Below are positions 44,885 through 57,174 of a stretch of 64,000 bases of DNA, one piece after another. Source of the stretch: Macrostomum lignano. Taxonomy: Eukaryota. Position 1 is the first letter of the stretch. Each line of letters opens with the position of its first letter. The translations under genes were made by a program, and so were the position numbers. The notes below the pieces were generated by a model, which did no database searches, was not told the DNA's origin, and was given only the letters and a program-made list of their open reading frames with translations. Where the stretch lies: assembly GCA_002269645.1 (NCBI GenBank), contig NIVC01000019.1, positions 1,506,275 through 1,570,274 on the forward strand, written 5' to 3'.

Positions 44885-45498
44885 GAAATCTAGCGATCAC
44901 TGGAAAGCAGTCCAGGCAAGCCCGCAGGGACGCCGCAAATCCTAGTGGGCGCCAGAAACCAGACCGCTAAAGTAGACGAACTGCTGACAACGCGGAAGCT
45001 CCGTCGCCTGTCCATCAGCGCCTCGGCACAAAATCGCAGCCGCGAAATCGTCCGGCACGCAGAGCACGACGGTTTTCAGCGTGTTGACCAACGTACAGGC
45101 CGACACTCGCGGCAACAGCAACTAGCTTGTTTAGTTGTCGCTGGGGGCCCTCGACAGTTGAGGACAGCGTAGCCAAGCACACTGAGCCGTCTCTTCACTT
45201 GACGTCGACCCACGCGTCGCCGCAACAAAAAGCAGTCGTCATTGGTAGGAAGAGCGATCCGCAGCACCCTGTCAAGCACCAGAATTAAAATTGCAATAAA
45301 GTACATGTATGCCAATAAGTGGCTACTATGAAATTTACGATAGGGCGTTGCAAACGATGGGGCACCAGCCCGTCAAACGCGACCAGCCTTGAAGTCACCG
45401 CCTTCGTGGGATTCCTGCACCACGACGGGCAGGTCGGCGACTCAACAGTCCAGCAGCCCTGGCCGTCATCAGCTGGGCTCATCGACTTGCGTACCGGC

Positions 45499-45500
<2 letters not shown>
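44885..45500 (-). pseudogene. Possible degraded class A GPCR fragment
   Basis: Frame-switching segments YFIAILILVLDRVLRIALP (TM3 DRY-like) and RRSFRVVSSSSTLAVWFLAP (TM6-like). Several frameshifts are required. Confidence 0.3.
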
Positions 45501-46435
<935 letters not shown>

Positions 46436-46889
46436 CTACCTCAGTGGATACAAACACAGTATTTGTAGGTATAGCTATGAGCAGAAGTCACGAAGTTGCA
46501 TTGGTCTACAGCCAAGTCCGCCAGTTTTAATAAGACTTTCGAAGCCGTTCAGTTGGTGTCTGACTTTGGTGCATCTGTACTTTAAGCTGTCAGTGCGAGC
46601 ATATTGTGCGTGCACTAAGAATGAGTCTTTCTGGTAAGAAAATGAAGTGTATTGTTATAGCATAGTGATGGACTAGTACATTTGAATAACGCAAGTATAC
46701 ATAAAGTCTAAAAATTTTATACAGTAGTGTCTGCTCCTTAATTTTTTTTCAGTATTGCTGTCTAAAATGAAGATGAAACGCAAAGGTTAAAAAAAGTTCA
46801 CTAAGATGCGGCATTGGTTGTGCTGGCTCAAATCTACGAGCGTATGTTAAGCTTTGTCATTGCTGCTATATAAGTGCAGTCTTCAATTC

Positions 46890-48773
46890 CTACTGACTTC
46901 TTTGGGCAGCTTTCTGCCAGTCGTAATTGAAAAGCTCCTCCAGGCCCCAGGGCAGGCGCTCTTCGGGATCCTTGCGCGGCTTGATCTTCGAGCGGACCTG
47001 ATTGGCGGGCTGGTCCAAGATGGCTGCTGCAGTAGCCGTCGCGTTGCCAGCGCTCTGCTCGGAGGTCTGCTCCACAGGTTTCGGAGTGGACTCGGCCGCT
47101 GTCGGCGGGGAGGCCGACTCGGATCCGGAGTTGCCAGCGCTCTGCTCGGAGGTCTGCTCTACAGGTTTCGGAGTGGACTCAGCTGTCGGCGGGGAGGCCG
47201 ACTCGGATCCGGAGTTGCCAGCGCTCTGCTCGGAGGTCTGCTCTACAGGTTTCGGAGTGGACTCAGCTGTCGGCGGGGAGGCCGACTCGGATCCGGAGTT
47301 GCCAGCGCTCTGCTCGGAGGTCTGCTCTACAGGTTTCGGAGTGGACTCGGCCGCTGTCGGCGGAGAGGCTGACTCGGATCCGGAGTTGCCAGCGCTCTGC
47401 TCGGAGGTCTGTTCTACAGGTTTCGGAGTGGACTCGGCTGTCGGCGGGGAGGCCGAATCGGATCCGGAGGCGTTGGACACTTCGGTAGTGGACTCCGTTG
47501 GTTTGGGCAGATCGTTCGGTGGCTCCTCAGTTTTTGCTTCACTAGGAGTCGGTGAGGTCTCATTTTCCGGTTTGGCTTCGTCAGAATTGGAATCAGGCGT
47601 CCGCAGTTCATTCGCTGTGGTGTTCTGAGCGACAGACTCCGACTTTTCGGGAGCCTGGTTGACTTCACTGGAGTTACTGGGCGGCTTCACTTCGACGGCT
47701 TCCCCGCCGCTAGCAACTGGAATGCCCGGAGATTCGGCCGTGACCGTGGCTTTAGCGAGTGCTTTGGCCCGGGCCTCCTGGTCCGCAGCTGTTGGCGAAT
47801 CCAGCGACTTGAATGCGTCGCCAGTGAGAGACGCGGCCCCCGCTTTGCAGATGAAGGCGTGCCGCTCGTTGCAGGCTGAGCCAACCAGAGTGTCTCCGGA
47901 CAGCGTGACGCAGTTCTGCTGTCGCTGATCCCCGGATTCCGCGTCGCCCTGCGCACCCGGTTGACCGTCGGCCCATCTGGGAAAGCCGGAGTGCTTGCCG
48001 GAGAAGTCCGTCCATTGGTAGCAGAGCTCGCGGCCGTCCTCGTCCGGATTGCAGGGGTTCAGCTTGACGAGGCCCAGCCAGACGGGTTGAATTTCGCAGG
48101 CGTCAGTCGACAAGTCCAGCGTGTTGAGGAAATGAAGCTCCTGCTCGCTAAGCACCGAGACCAGGTTAGTCGAGTGGTTCTGACAGTAGAAGTTCGCCTC
48201 AATAAAATTGACCTCAAAGCCGGAGAACAGGTAGCAATGACCCTGGAAGAATTTCATTCGCGATGGACACTCGGACTTTTCGTAGCTGTTCTGTGCGACT
48301 GACGACTTGCAAATAAACGGGTTCTGCTCGTGGTAGAGGGCATTGTACCAGCTCAGCTGCTCCGCCCGGATCAGCGGCTTGTGAATGGACGGCTCGCTGG
48401 AGAACGCGTGCTTGCTGAATCCGCCAGCCGAAGCGAGGCTCTCGTCGGTCCAGGCGTAGCCGGCCGAGTCGGCCAGGCGGCCCAAGTCTTTCGCGTAGCG
48501 GCCAATCCAGACACTCTTGCAGAGCGACAGCTTGCCGACTAGGCGGTTCTCCTGATCGTCGGCAATGGACACCAGATGGCCGCCCTTCTCTTTGCAAGTC
48601 ATTTCGCCGTCGTACCAGAATACCGACTGGTTGTAGTAGGCATAGCATGAGTCTTTATAGAGCAGCCAGTCCCAGTCGCAGCTGCTCGTGGAGACCACAG
48701 GCGCGAGTAGTAGCAGTAGAAGGAGCACGGCCGCTGCAGCCAAGAGTCCGGATGTTAATGGAATGTTTTGCAT
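46890..48773 (-). CDS. Secreted protein with two C-type lectin domains and a Ser/Thr/Glu/Pro-rich tandem-repeat tail (627 aa, single exon)
   Basis: Signal peptide. CTLD1 has C..DW..YKDSCY...W.DGEMTCKEKGGHLVSI...VWIG. CTLD2 has CPSRMKFFQGHCY...C...TNLVSV...VWLGL...WADGQPG...C.. FIC. Five 28/29-aa repeats follow, with no TM helix. Confidence 0.92.
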   Translation of the reverse strand: MQNIPLTSGLLAAAAVLLLLLLLAPVVSTSSCDWDWLLYKDSCYAYYNQSVFWYDGEMTCKEKGGHLVSIADDQENRLVGKLSLCKSVWIGRYAKDLGRLADSAGYAWTDESLASAGGFSKHAFSSEPSIHKPLIRAEQLSWYNALYHEQNPFICKSSVAQNSYEKSECPSRMKFFQGHCYLFSGFEVNFIEANFYCQNHSTNLVSVLSEQELHFLNTLDLSTDACEIQPVWLGLVKLNPCNPDEDGRELCYQWTDFSGKHSGFPRWADGQPGAQGDAESGDQRQQNCVTLSGDTLVGSACNERHAFICKAGAASLTGDAFKSLDSPTAADQEARAKALAKATVTAESPGIPVASGGEAVEVKPPSNSSEVNQAPEKSESVAQNTTANELRTPDSNSDEAKPENETSPTPSEAKTEEPPNDLPKPTESTTEVSNASGSDSASPPTAESTPKPVEQTSEQSAGNSGSESASPPTAAESTPKPVEQTSEQSAGNSGSESASPPTAESTPKPVEQTSEQSAGNSGSESASPPTAESTPKPVEQTSEQSAGNSGSESASPPTAAESTPKPVEQTSEQSAGNATATAAAILDQPANQVRSKIKPRKDPEERLPWGLEELFNYDWQKAAQRSQ

Positions 48774-49196
48774 GGTTTATTAACTATGCCGAATTTCAAC
48801 TATGTTAGCAACTCGTCCTCGACAGCAAACTGAACTCTGCCGTTCTCAAATAATCCGCGCGATGGAAAGGTCCATCAGTGCGCTTTGCTGCCATAAACTA
48901 AAGTTGGATTAGCTTACTCACAAAATTTTTACAGTACAGCTGTGGCAAAAAAATTTCGCCTGATATTTTGATGTTATCTGTAAAAGTGCACTCGACGGCG
49001 TGTGATTTTATTTGTTATTTTGCAAATTTGGCCGCGGTACCAAGATACTAGAATAACTAGGCCACTCAGCGCATTTTCGTGTGAGCTACTTTCAGCTCAG
49101 TATTAAGTTAAATAGACGCATTTTAATGTAATTTTAAAACCAAAGGCTTATTTTATTAACTCGTACCCCCAGCTGAAACCTTTTCCCTACTATCCC

Positions 49197-49438
49197 ACCG
49201 CCCCAATTTTTATTGCCTGTCTCGGAATTTCACCCTAAAGCTGCCATGTACATTTCAGGGGACTGGCTAATGTACATTACTGCTGAACCAATTAGCAAGT
49301 TATTTACGCCTGCAAGCCCCGCCCCAATTTTTATTGCCTTTCTCGGAATTTCACCCTAAAGCTGCCATGTACATTTCAGGGGACTGGCTAATGTACATTA
49401 CTGCTGAACCAATTAGCAAGTTGTTTACGCCTGCAAGC
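49197..49438. repeat. 121-bp tandem duplication (2 copies)
   Basis: CCCCAATTTTTATTGCC...GCCTGCAAGC occurs twice, 121 bp apart, with few mismatches. Confidence 0.9.
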
Positions 49439-49861
49439 TTAGGCTCTAAAATCAATGTAATTCCAGCAGCCTTTTGCATAAAATAGCTTATGTATTATTC
49501 ATTGCTACTGAACTGAAAGTAGAAAGCTGTTTTACTAAATATATATGCCTGAGTGGCCCATCCAGTTATTTTAGTATCTGTGGTTCTGAGTTGTGGTAGG
49601 AACTACAGAGAGAAAGTTTTACTCGCCACTGGAACTGTGGAACTGTACAAGCTGCTCATAACTGGGACTGTGTTGCTGACTACACACCTGGCTGCACATT
49701 GCAACGCATCAGGGCGTTTTTAAAGATATTTTTCACCTGATATTAAACAATTCTTCTCTGCGATTGCTGTTCTGTGCGAAAAAGTTAGCTGTGCTTGGAA
49801 TATAGGCAGGCAATTTGCATCAAATATATTTGATGTTTACGAAATCTTTTATTTTACGTAA

Positions 49862-50150
49862 AAATAATAATTTATTACACCCGCCTGGCCCTAATAGGCA
49901 GCTCAGCCGCAGATATTGCGCGGCGCATCTGAAGGCTGCGTACGGCTGTTCAGTCCAAGGACTGGTGGTCGCCACACACACCCTCAATTACCCCAGCTAA
50001 TGCTGGCACCCATTTTACAGCTGGGTGAACTGGAGCTGCAATGCAGAGTTAAGTGTCTTGCTCAAGGACACAAATTGTGTCCGAGTGGGTCTAGAATCGA
50101 ACCCCCGACCTTCAAGTCGTGAGTCCGACGCTCTGACCACTAGGCTACAA
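49862..50150 (-). mobile_element. CORE-type SINE copy
   Basis: Same family as 8315-8610. Confidence 0.9.
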
Positions 50151-50186
50151 TTCTGACTATTCAATTAACACCGTTAAATAGTTGAA

Positions 50187-53100
50187 TCAAGGATGCATGG
50201 GGCCACTCAAAGACGTGTACTGTCGATAGCGGACGGGCACAGCGACGGGTCTGTAGCCGTCCATCTGGGGGTAGCGCCGGCCCCACTTCATTCGCAGCCA
50301 GTTGGGCGGCGCCATCGCGTGGACAGTGAACTCTCTGGAGAACGGGCCCTGGTTGCGCTGCTGGCCCTGCAGGCACCGGTAAAGTCAGCATAGGTCACTT
50401 AGTCACATTGAGCATTAAAAATCCTGATCCGGTTTTTCCTGATCACCAACCTATCCTGATCACCCTATTATCCTGATCACCCACCTATCCTGATCACCCA
50501 CCTATCCTGATCACCCGCCTATCCTGATCACCCTATTATCCTGATCACCCACCTATCCTGATCACCCACCTATCCTGATCACCCGCCTATCCTGATCACC
50601 CACCTATGCTGATCACCCACCTATGCTGATCACCCGCCTATCCTGATCACCCGCCTATCCTGATCACCCACCTATGCTGATCACCCACCTATCCTGATCA
50701 CCCGCCTATCCTGATCACCCGCCTATCCTGATCACCCGCCTATCCTGATCACCCACCTATCCTGATCACCCGCCTATCCTGATCACCCACCTATGCTGAT
50801 CACCCACCTATGCTGATCACCCATGCACCTATCCTGATCAACATCTGATAAACCATTGGATTAGATATAAATGTTACCTATTAATCCTTTGCTGAGACTG
50901 AAATTACCTTCTTATCAATCTGGAAGTGCCGCTGCGGGTTCAGCACCCACTGCAGGTCGCCAACGCCGTCAGTCTGTTGGCTGGCCTCGTACTGCTGCCT
51001 GGCCAGCAGCTGCTGCTGCCTGAGCTGCTGTCGGGTCATTGGAATGTCATGATCAGGGAAAGTGTCCTCGCGAGCTAGCAGGCTGCCGGGCTCCTTGGCT
51101 GCCGATCTGAGCACTGGCGTCGGCCTGGTGTTGTTCTGATTCTGGCTGCTCGCCATGCTCATCAGGGTGTGGCTGCGACCGAGTAGTCTGTAATAAATGT
51201 TAGCGTTCTTCACACTCAATATCCAAGCTGCACTACTGATTTAGTAGTCAAACACAAACTGCGGCAGTAAAAACCTGTTGACTTGCGGCACCCGGGCTCC
51301 TGGCAGCACCAGACGCGGGGTTGAGGACGGCGCGACAACGGCCTGACGAAACGAAGGACCGGCGTAGATACGAAAGGCTCTGGTCGGCAGCGGGTACTTC
51401 CACTTGTTCAGCTGGCTCTCGCCTTTCTCGCCCAGGCTGTTGACGTTAAGGGCAAATTCGGTTCATGCCACGAGTCACATAGTTGCAATCTAAAGACTAA
51501 ATTAACAAAAAGCTGGTTTGAAGGTTAAGATAGTCTCTTCAAGACACCGTCAAACATATGACCAGCTGAAAGTCCATATTAGCTTTCAATGATGTAAATT
51601 CTGTGGGACTTTATATGCTTAATTATTATTTATTTTAGAGGCAGGGGGCTGTGTGCACCCTTGTGCACTTTAAGCGACATTGTCACACAACCGGCGAGAG
51701 GCATTGCTGCCCATTCCGCCGACTCCCCTGAGCAGGCACACAAGCGCGCGGATACGTACGCAGTCATACGCACAGGCACACACTCACACAGGAGTGTACA
51801 GCGGCCCTAACTTTATTTATGGTTAGGCATGTACACTTCACTGTGCCCTGGGGGTTGGGTCTCAATGCCGTTAATTGCACGAGCAGAGCCAAGCCGAGAT
51901 TCCAATTCAGCCTCACATCAATGCGACTGCACTTGCAGCCGCTGGCCAAATGTAAATTCTTACTTCTCATAAGGATTAGTGTGGGTGTACCCGTATCTGG
52001 AGTAGATACCACCCACGTCCTCGTAGTCTGGCGTGGCCGGCAGCCGAGGCAGCCTGTAGGGCGTCTCCCGGGTGTCCTGATCTGCTGGCAGCCGGAATCC
52101 GACGGGCATCTCGCCAAGCTGAGGTAGACCCTTGGCGGGGCGCTGGTCGCTGCGATGGGGTTGGAGGGATCGGAGCTCCTTAACTGGTTGGCACAAGGTT
52201 AAAGCAACTCTCTGGTCTTTGTTTTATGCTGAATGTACAGCTAAATTTGTACAGTTTGTACAGACTGGAAGCCGAGATTGATACAGTTTGTACAGACTGG
52301 AAGCCGAGATTGATACAGTTTGTACAGACTGGAAGCCGAGATTGATACAGTTTGTACAGACTGGAAGCCGAGATTGATACAGTTTGTACAGACTGGAAGC
52401 CGGGATTGGTACAGTTTGTACAGACTGGAAGCCGAGATTGATACAGTTTGTACAGACTGGAAGCCGAGATTGATACAGTTTGTACAGACTGGAAGCCGAG
52501 ATTGATACAGTTTGTACAGACTAGAAGCCGAGATTGATACAGTTTGTATAGACTGGAAGCCGGGATTGATACAGTTTGTACAGACTGGAAGCCGAGATTG
52601 ATACAGTTTGTATAGACTGGAAGCCGAGATTGATACAGTTTGTATAGACTGGAAGCCGAGATTGATACAGTTTGTATAGACTGGAAGCCGAGATTGATAC
52701 AGTTTGTATAGACTGGAAGCCGAGATTGGTACAGTGTGTACAGACTGGAAGTTGAGATTGGTACAGTTTGTACAGACTGGAAGCCGGGGTTGGTACAGTT
52801 TGTACAGACTGGAAGCCGGGGTTGGTACAGTTTGTACAGACTTGAAGCCGAAATTGATACAGTTTGTACAGACTGGAAGCCGGGATTGGTACAGTTTGTA
52901 CAGACTGGAAGCCGGGATTGATACAGTTTGTACAGACTGGAAGCCGGGATTGGTACAGTTTGTACAGACTGGAAGCCGAGATTGGTACAGTTTGTACAGA
53001 CTAGAAGCCGGGATTGATACAGTTTGTACAGACTGGAAGCCGGGATTGATACAGTTTGTACAGACTGGAAGCCGGGATTAGTACAGTGTGTACAGACTGG

Positions 53101-53623
53101 AAGCCGAGATTGGTACAGTGTGTACAGACTGGAAGTTGAGATTGGTACAGTTTGTACAGACTGGAAGCCGGGATTGGTACAGTTTGTACAGACTGGAAGC
53201 CGGGGTTGGTACAGTTTGTACAGACTTGAAGCCGAGATTGATACAGTTTGTACAGACTGGAAGCCGCGATTGGTACAGTTTGTACAGACTGGAAGCCGGG
53301 ATTGGTACAGTTTGTACAGACTGGAAGCCGGGATTGGTACAGTTTGTACAGACTGGAAGACGGGATTGGTACAGTTTGTACAGACTGGAAGCCGAGATTG
53401 ATACAGTTTGTACAGACTGGAAGCCGGGATTGGTACAGTGTGTACAGACTGGAAGCCGGGATTGGTACAGTTTGTACAGACTGGAAGCCGAGATTGGTAC
53501 TGAAGCTTTCACAGAAGCTAAAAATGGTTGTCAACTTTTTGCAATGCAATAAAATCTGTGATAACAAAAGCTGCAAGAATATGCGGTCACTCCAGACTCA
53601 CCCACACGCCGTTCTGTAAGCAT
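50187..53623 (-). CDS. Hypothetical protein, ~287 aa, 5 exons (start uncertain)
   Basis: Exons 53623-53602, 52183-51964, 51436-51275, 51187-50908 and 50366-50187 splice in consistent phase (1,2,2,0) with GT-AG sites. Protein is Pro/Arg/Gln/Tyr-rich and ends ...FTVHAMAPPNWLRMKWGRRYPQMDGYRP...MHP. Confidence 0.75.
50438..50842. repeat. 18-bp minisatellite (CCTATCCTGATCACCCRC)n in the last intron of the orphan gene
   Basis: About 22 copies. Confidence 0.95.
52248..53500. repeat. 32-bp minisatellite (ATTGRTACAGTTTGTACAGACTGGAAGCCGRG)n, ~39 copies, in intron 1 of the orphan gene
   Basis: Read directly. Confidence 0.97.
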
Positions 53624-54464
53624 AGCCCCAATTTTCGGCGAAAGGTTTACTATGAGGTTATCAGTCAAATCGGCAGATGCACAAAGACCACAAGCTATTA
53701 AGAAGGATAACTGTATTTGAAGATGGAGTTCAGGCTGCTCAGGCTCAGCGCCGGCTAAATGGCTGCTGCTGTCTTGATTTCTTTGAGAATGCTCAAATAG
53801 AGAGCGAGAAAAAGGAGAGAAAGGAATGAGAGAGGGACTAGCAGATAGAAATAACGCTCATAGCACTTAACCAGCCAGTTACCTGGGTTTGCACTCGCAC
53901 TATAATAATAGCCTGAGCAGGCCGCTTGAATCCAGCTCAGAGCCGAGGGGCAGTGTTACCGACAGACGTGCACAGACCATGGATGCTTTTGCTCTGCTAT
54001 AAAAGGGTCTCACACTTTAGATATTGAACCGGGGTTGGCGGGGTTGCAATTGCACACTTCGGCCTCAAAATACGCAGTTACGCCGAAAATCAAATGGCGA
54101 CATTATTGCGGTCGCATGCTCACTTCTTGGCAACCATAAGCCCATAAACTAAGATGCATTTAATTACAACCTCTGTGCCTTTCGGTTTGGCCCTTAAAAT
54201 TGGATTGTATTGAAAGACTAAGCTCTAGATTCCAATAGATAGAGGTCCACTGACCCCAATTAATGTTGTCGAGCGCGGATTTGAACCATGGATGGGGAGG
54301 CTGGGGAAGGTAAGCATATTTGTCGTATCGCCAGTGCCTTTCTTAAGGCACTTCTACCGCAGTTGTACATGATTCGAACCTACAGTATGTCCAAGGACTT
54401 AAATGTAAGATTAATACACATTAGCACCTTGCCGACCGGTTCCTATAAGCTATTCCTTATCGAG

Positions 54465-54712
54465 AGTTGTAGCCTAATGATTAGAGCGTCGGACACACGA
54501 CTGGAAGGACGGGGGTTCGATTCTCGATCGACTCGGAACAATTTGTGTCCATGAGTAAGACACTTAACTCTGATCGAGGGTGTGTGTGTGGCGACCCCGA
54601 CTGAACAGCCGTACGCAACCTTCAGATGCGCCGCGCAATAGCTGCGGCTGAGCTGTCGGTTGCACATCGCGGCCCATTAGGGCAGGTGTAATGAAATATA
54701 TTATTATTATTG
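54465..54712 (+). mobile_element. CORE-type SINE copy with internal deletion
   Basis: A/B boxes, GTAAGACACTTAACT and a (TTA)n tail are present. The CAGCTGTAAAATGGGT segment is missing. Confidence 0.85.
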
Positions 54713-55528
54713 CTATTAGTTATTCAATAATCAGGTAATTCCTCAACTGGAATGTCTCGAATCGCTTTGAATTTTGTCAGTACATAAACAGTAAATATAG
54801 AAGTACGATATTAATAGGAAAAAGTTCCACCTTCAAAGAGCAGCCCATCGCTTCACTCACCAAAAGTTCCAAAAACTTCCTTTATTTCCTGTCTTCTTTT
54901 ATCTGCTTTGACTTTGATTTGCAAACAATAGCGAACAATGGAAGATCGCTGATGCTCTCAACCTTCTAGTGCGACTCGCGGGGCCAAGCAGCAGACTTTA
55001 TCTGCAACATCCTCTCTGCTCAACCATCTCCCCCCTGTCCCAGTTCACCTTTCTGACTCTTCCAACAGACTGTGAGCTAAGAGAGAGGGGCGCAGCTCAG
55101 TGACCGCGGTCGGTCCGTACGCAGCTTGCATGCATTCCATGCCAGGCAAATATGGCAATGGCCAACCACTGCCACCCCAATGCTTTTTAGCCAAGCAAGC
55201 AAAAGCTTGACAATGGCTGATGGCTGCTGGGTGATGGCGGGAAGTCTCTCAGCAAACCGGCATGTACTCAGAGTCTAAACTCCACTGCAACACAAGCTGC
55301 ATCATCCCGCGGACTCAGTTGCCACGGAGGGGACGGTCGCTTCTTTTTTGCTTTTTAACTTTATCATCCACCCTTGCGGAAACTGAAGCTCAGTCTCCAC
55401 TGCTGTGGAATTCCACGCTTCAGTGTAATAGAATTTTATTTTACTGCAATAATTTTCGGTGAAGCAAAGGCCAGAATTAAAACCCCCTAATCCGAAACTT
55501 AAAATTAAGCGCCTGGATGGGATGGATG

Positions 55529-56205
55529 GATTAGCAATCCATTCTATTCCTGCATCCTTGTGGGCTAGATTAGCAATCCATTCTGTTCCTGCATCCTTGT
55601 GGGCTAGATTAGCAATCCATTCTATTCCTGCATCCTTGTGGGCTAGATTAGCAATCCATTCTATTCCCGCATCCTTGTAGGCTAGATTAGCAATCCATTC
55701 TATTCCTGCATCCTTGTGGGCTAGATTAGCAATCCATTCTATTCCTGCATCCTTGTGGGCTAGATTAGCAATCCATCCTATTCCTGCATCCTTGTGGGCT
55801 AGATTAGCAATCCATTCTATTCCTGCATCCTTGTGGGCTAGATTAGCAATCCATTCTATTCCTGCATCCTTGTGGGCTAGATTAGCAATCCATTCTATTC
55901 CCGCATCCTTGTAGGCTAGATTAGCAATCCATTCTATTCCTGCATCCTTGTGGGCTAGATTAGCAATCCATTCTATTCCTGCATCCTTGTGGGCTAGATT
56001 AGCAATCCATCCTATTCCTGCATCCTTGTGGGCTAGATTAGCAATCCATTCTATTCCTGCATCCTTGTGGGCTAGATTAGCAGTCCATTCTATTCCTGAA
56101 TCCTTGTGGGCTAGATTAGCAATCCATTGTGTTCCTGCATCCTTGTGGGCTAGATTAGCAATCCATTCTATTCCTGCATCCTTGTGGGCTAGATTAACAA
56201 TCCAT
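55529..56205. repeat. 39-bp minisatellite (GATTAGCAATCCATTCTATTCCTGCATCCTTGTGGGCTA)n, ~17 copies
   Basis: Read directly. Confidence 0.97.
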
Positions 56206-57174
56206 ATATCACTTCAGGATGAGCTCAGTCTAAGCGAGCAGAGAACCATAACTCTGTATAGCAAGTTCCAGCGGAGAGCATTAAAGTACATCACACCTGC
56301 TCTCCATTGTTCTGCAGAGAAAATTCATTTCTTCGCTTGGAGCCTCGCCAAACTCACTTTGCTCTAGCTTAATTCTCCGTTACCATGGAAACGGCTATTG
56401 GATTTTCTAGAAAGAAAAAGAAGCTTGCTACACTTTTTATAGCTCTCAGCTTCTTTAAACTCCCTGAGACTCAATGGAAGGAATTTAAAAAATGTTTTCC
56501 ATAAGAGGCAGGTGCATAATTAATTTAGCAATTTTGGCCGAAATGGTTCGTGTCTAATAAACCAATGGCTGCAAAGTTATCTTGTTCGATATTGTTTTTA
56601 ACACGTGACTGCATTGCTGCATTCCCTACGAAATTGATTGAATATTTCGGAATCGTAGCACATGTTTTACTATTCCGTTCAATAGGTTTTTTCTGAATAA
56701 TAAACTTTTTTAATCGTAGATCATAAGCTCAAGAAAATCTAAAAAGGTTAGAGATTAAGACAATACGCCCGTATAACAAAGAAAATATGAGACACTATAA
56801 TAGCATTAATACGAATGTTGTGAAAGGGCGCAGTTGAAAAAGGTGTGTCAGAATTACAATCCGATGTAGATAACGAGCATTGGTTCAAGCAATTTTTTGT
56901 CTTTCGCTCAAGCTACTCAAAGTAGTAGTTACAAGGCAGTAAAAAATATTAATGGAGCGGTTCGGAATAACCGGAAGAAGCATTAAAATAAGAATCAAGT
57001 GACAACAGCTAGCTAGATGGGACCGCGTGTTTAAATAAAGGGGGAATAACAAGGTCTAGTTTAAAGATATTATATATAGATCGGTAATGTTATACGTGTG
57101 TAGTTGGTTAGTTGAAAAAAGTGGTTTTTTAAGTTCTTTCCTGCTTGACTCAATGGACTCCCCTCACATGCTGC

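Noticed and set aside
49197-49438. 121-bp duplication as a regulatory or mobile element
   Set aside because: Only two adjacent copies, with no TIR or TSD; an ordinary local tandem duplication.
52320-56367. ORFs in the 32-bp and 39-bp arrays (also those at 2368-2802, 10596-11092, 20268-21870 and 29419-32110)
   Set aside because: Repeat-derived. The 32-mer and 22/30-mer arrays lie inside defined introns of opposite-strand genes.
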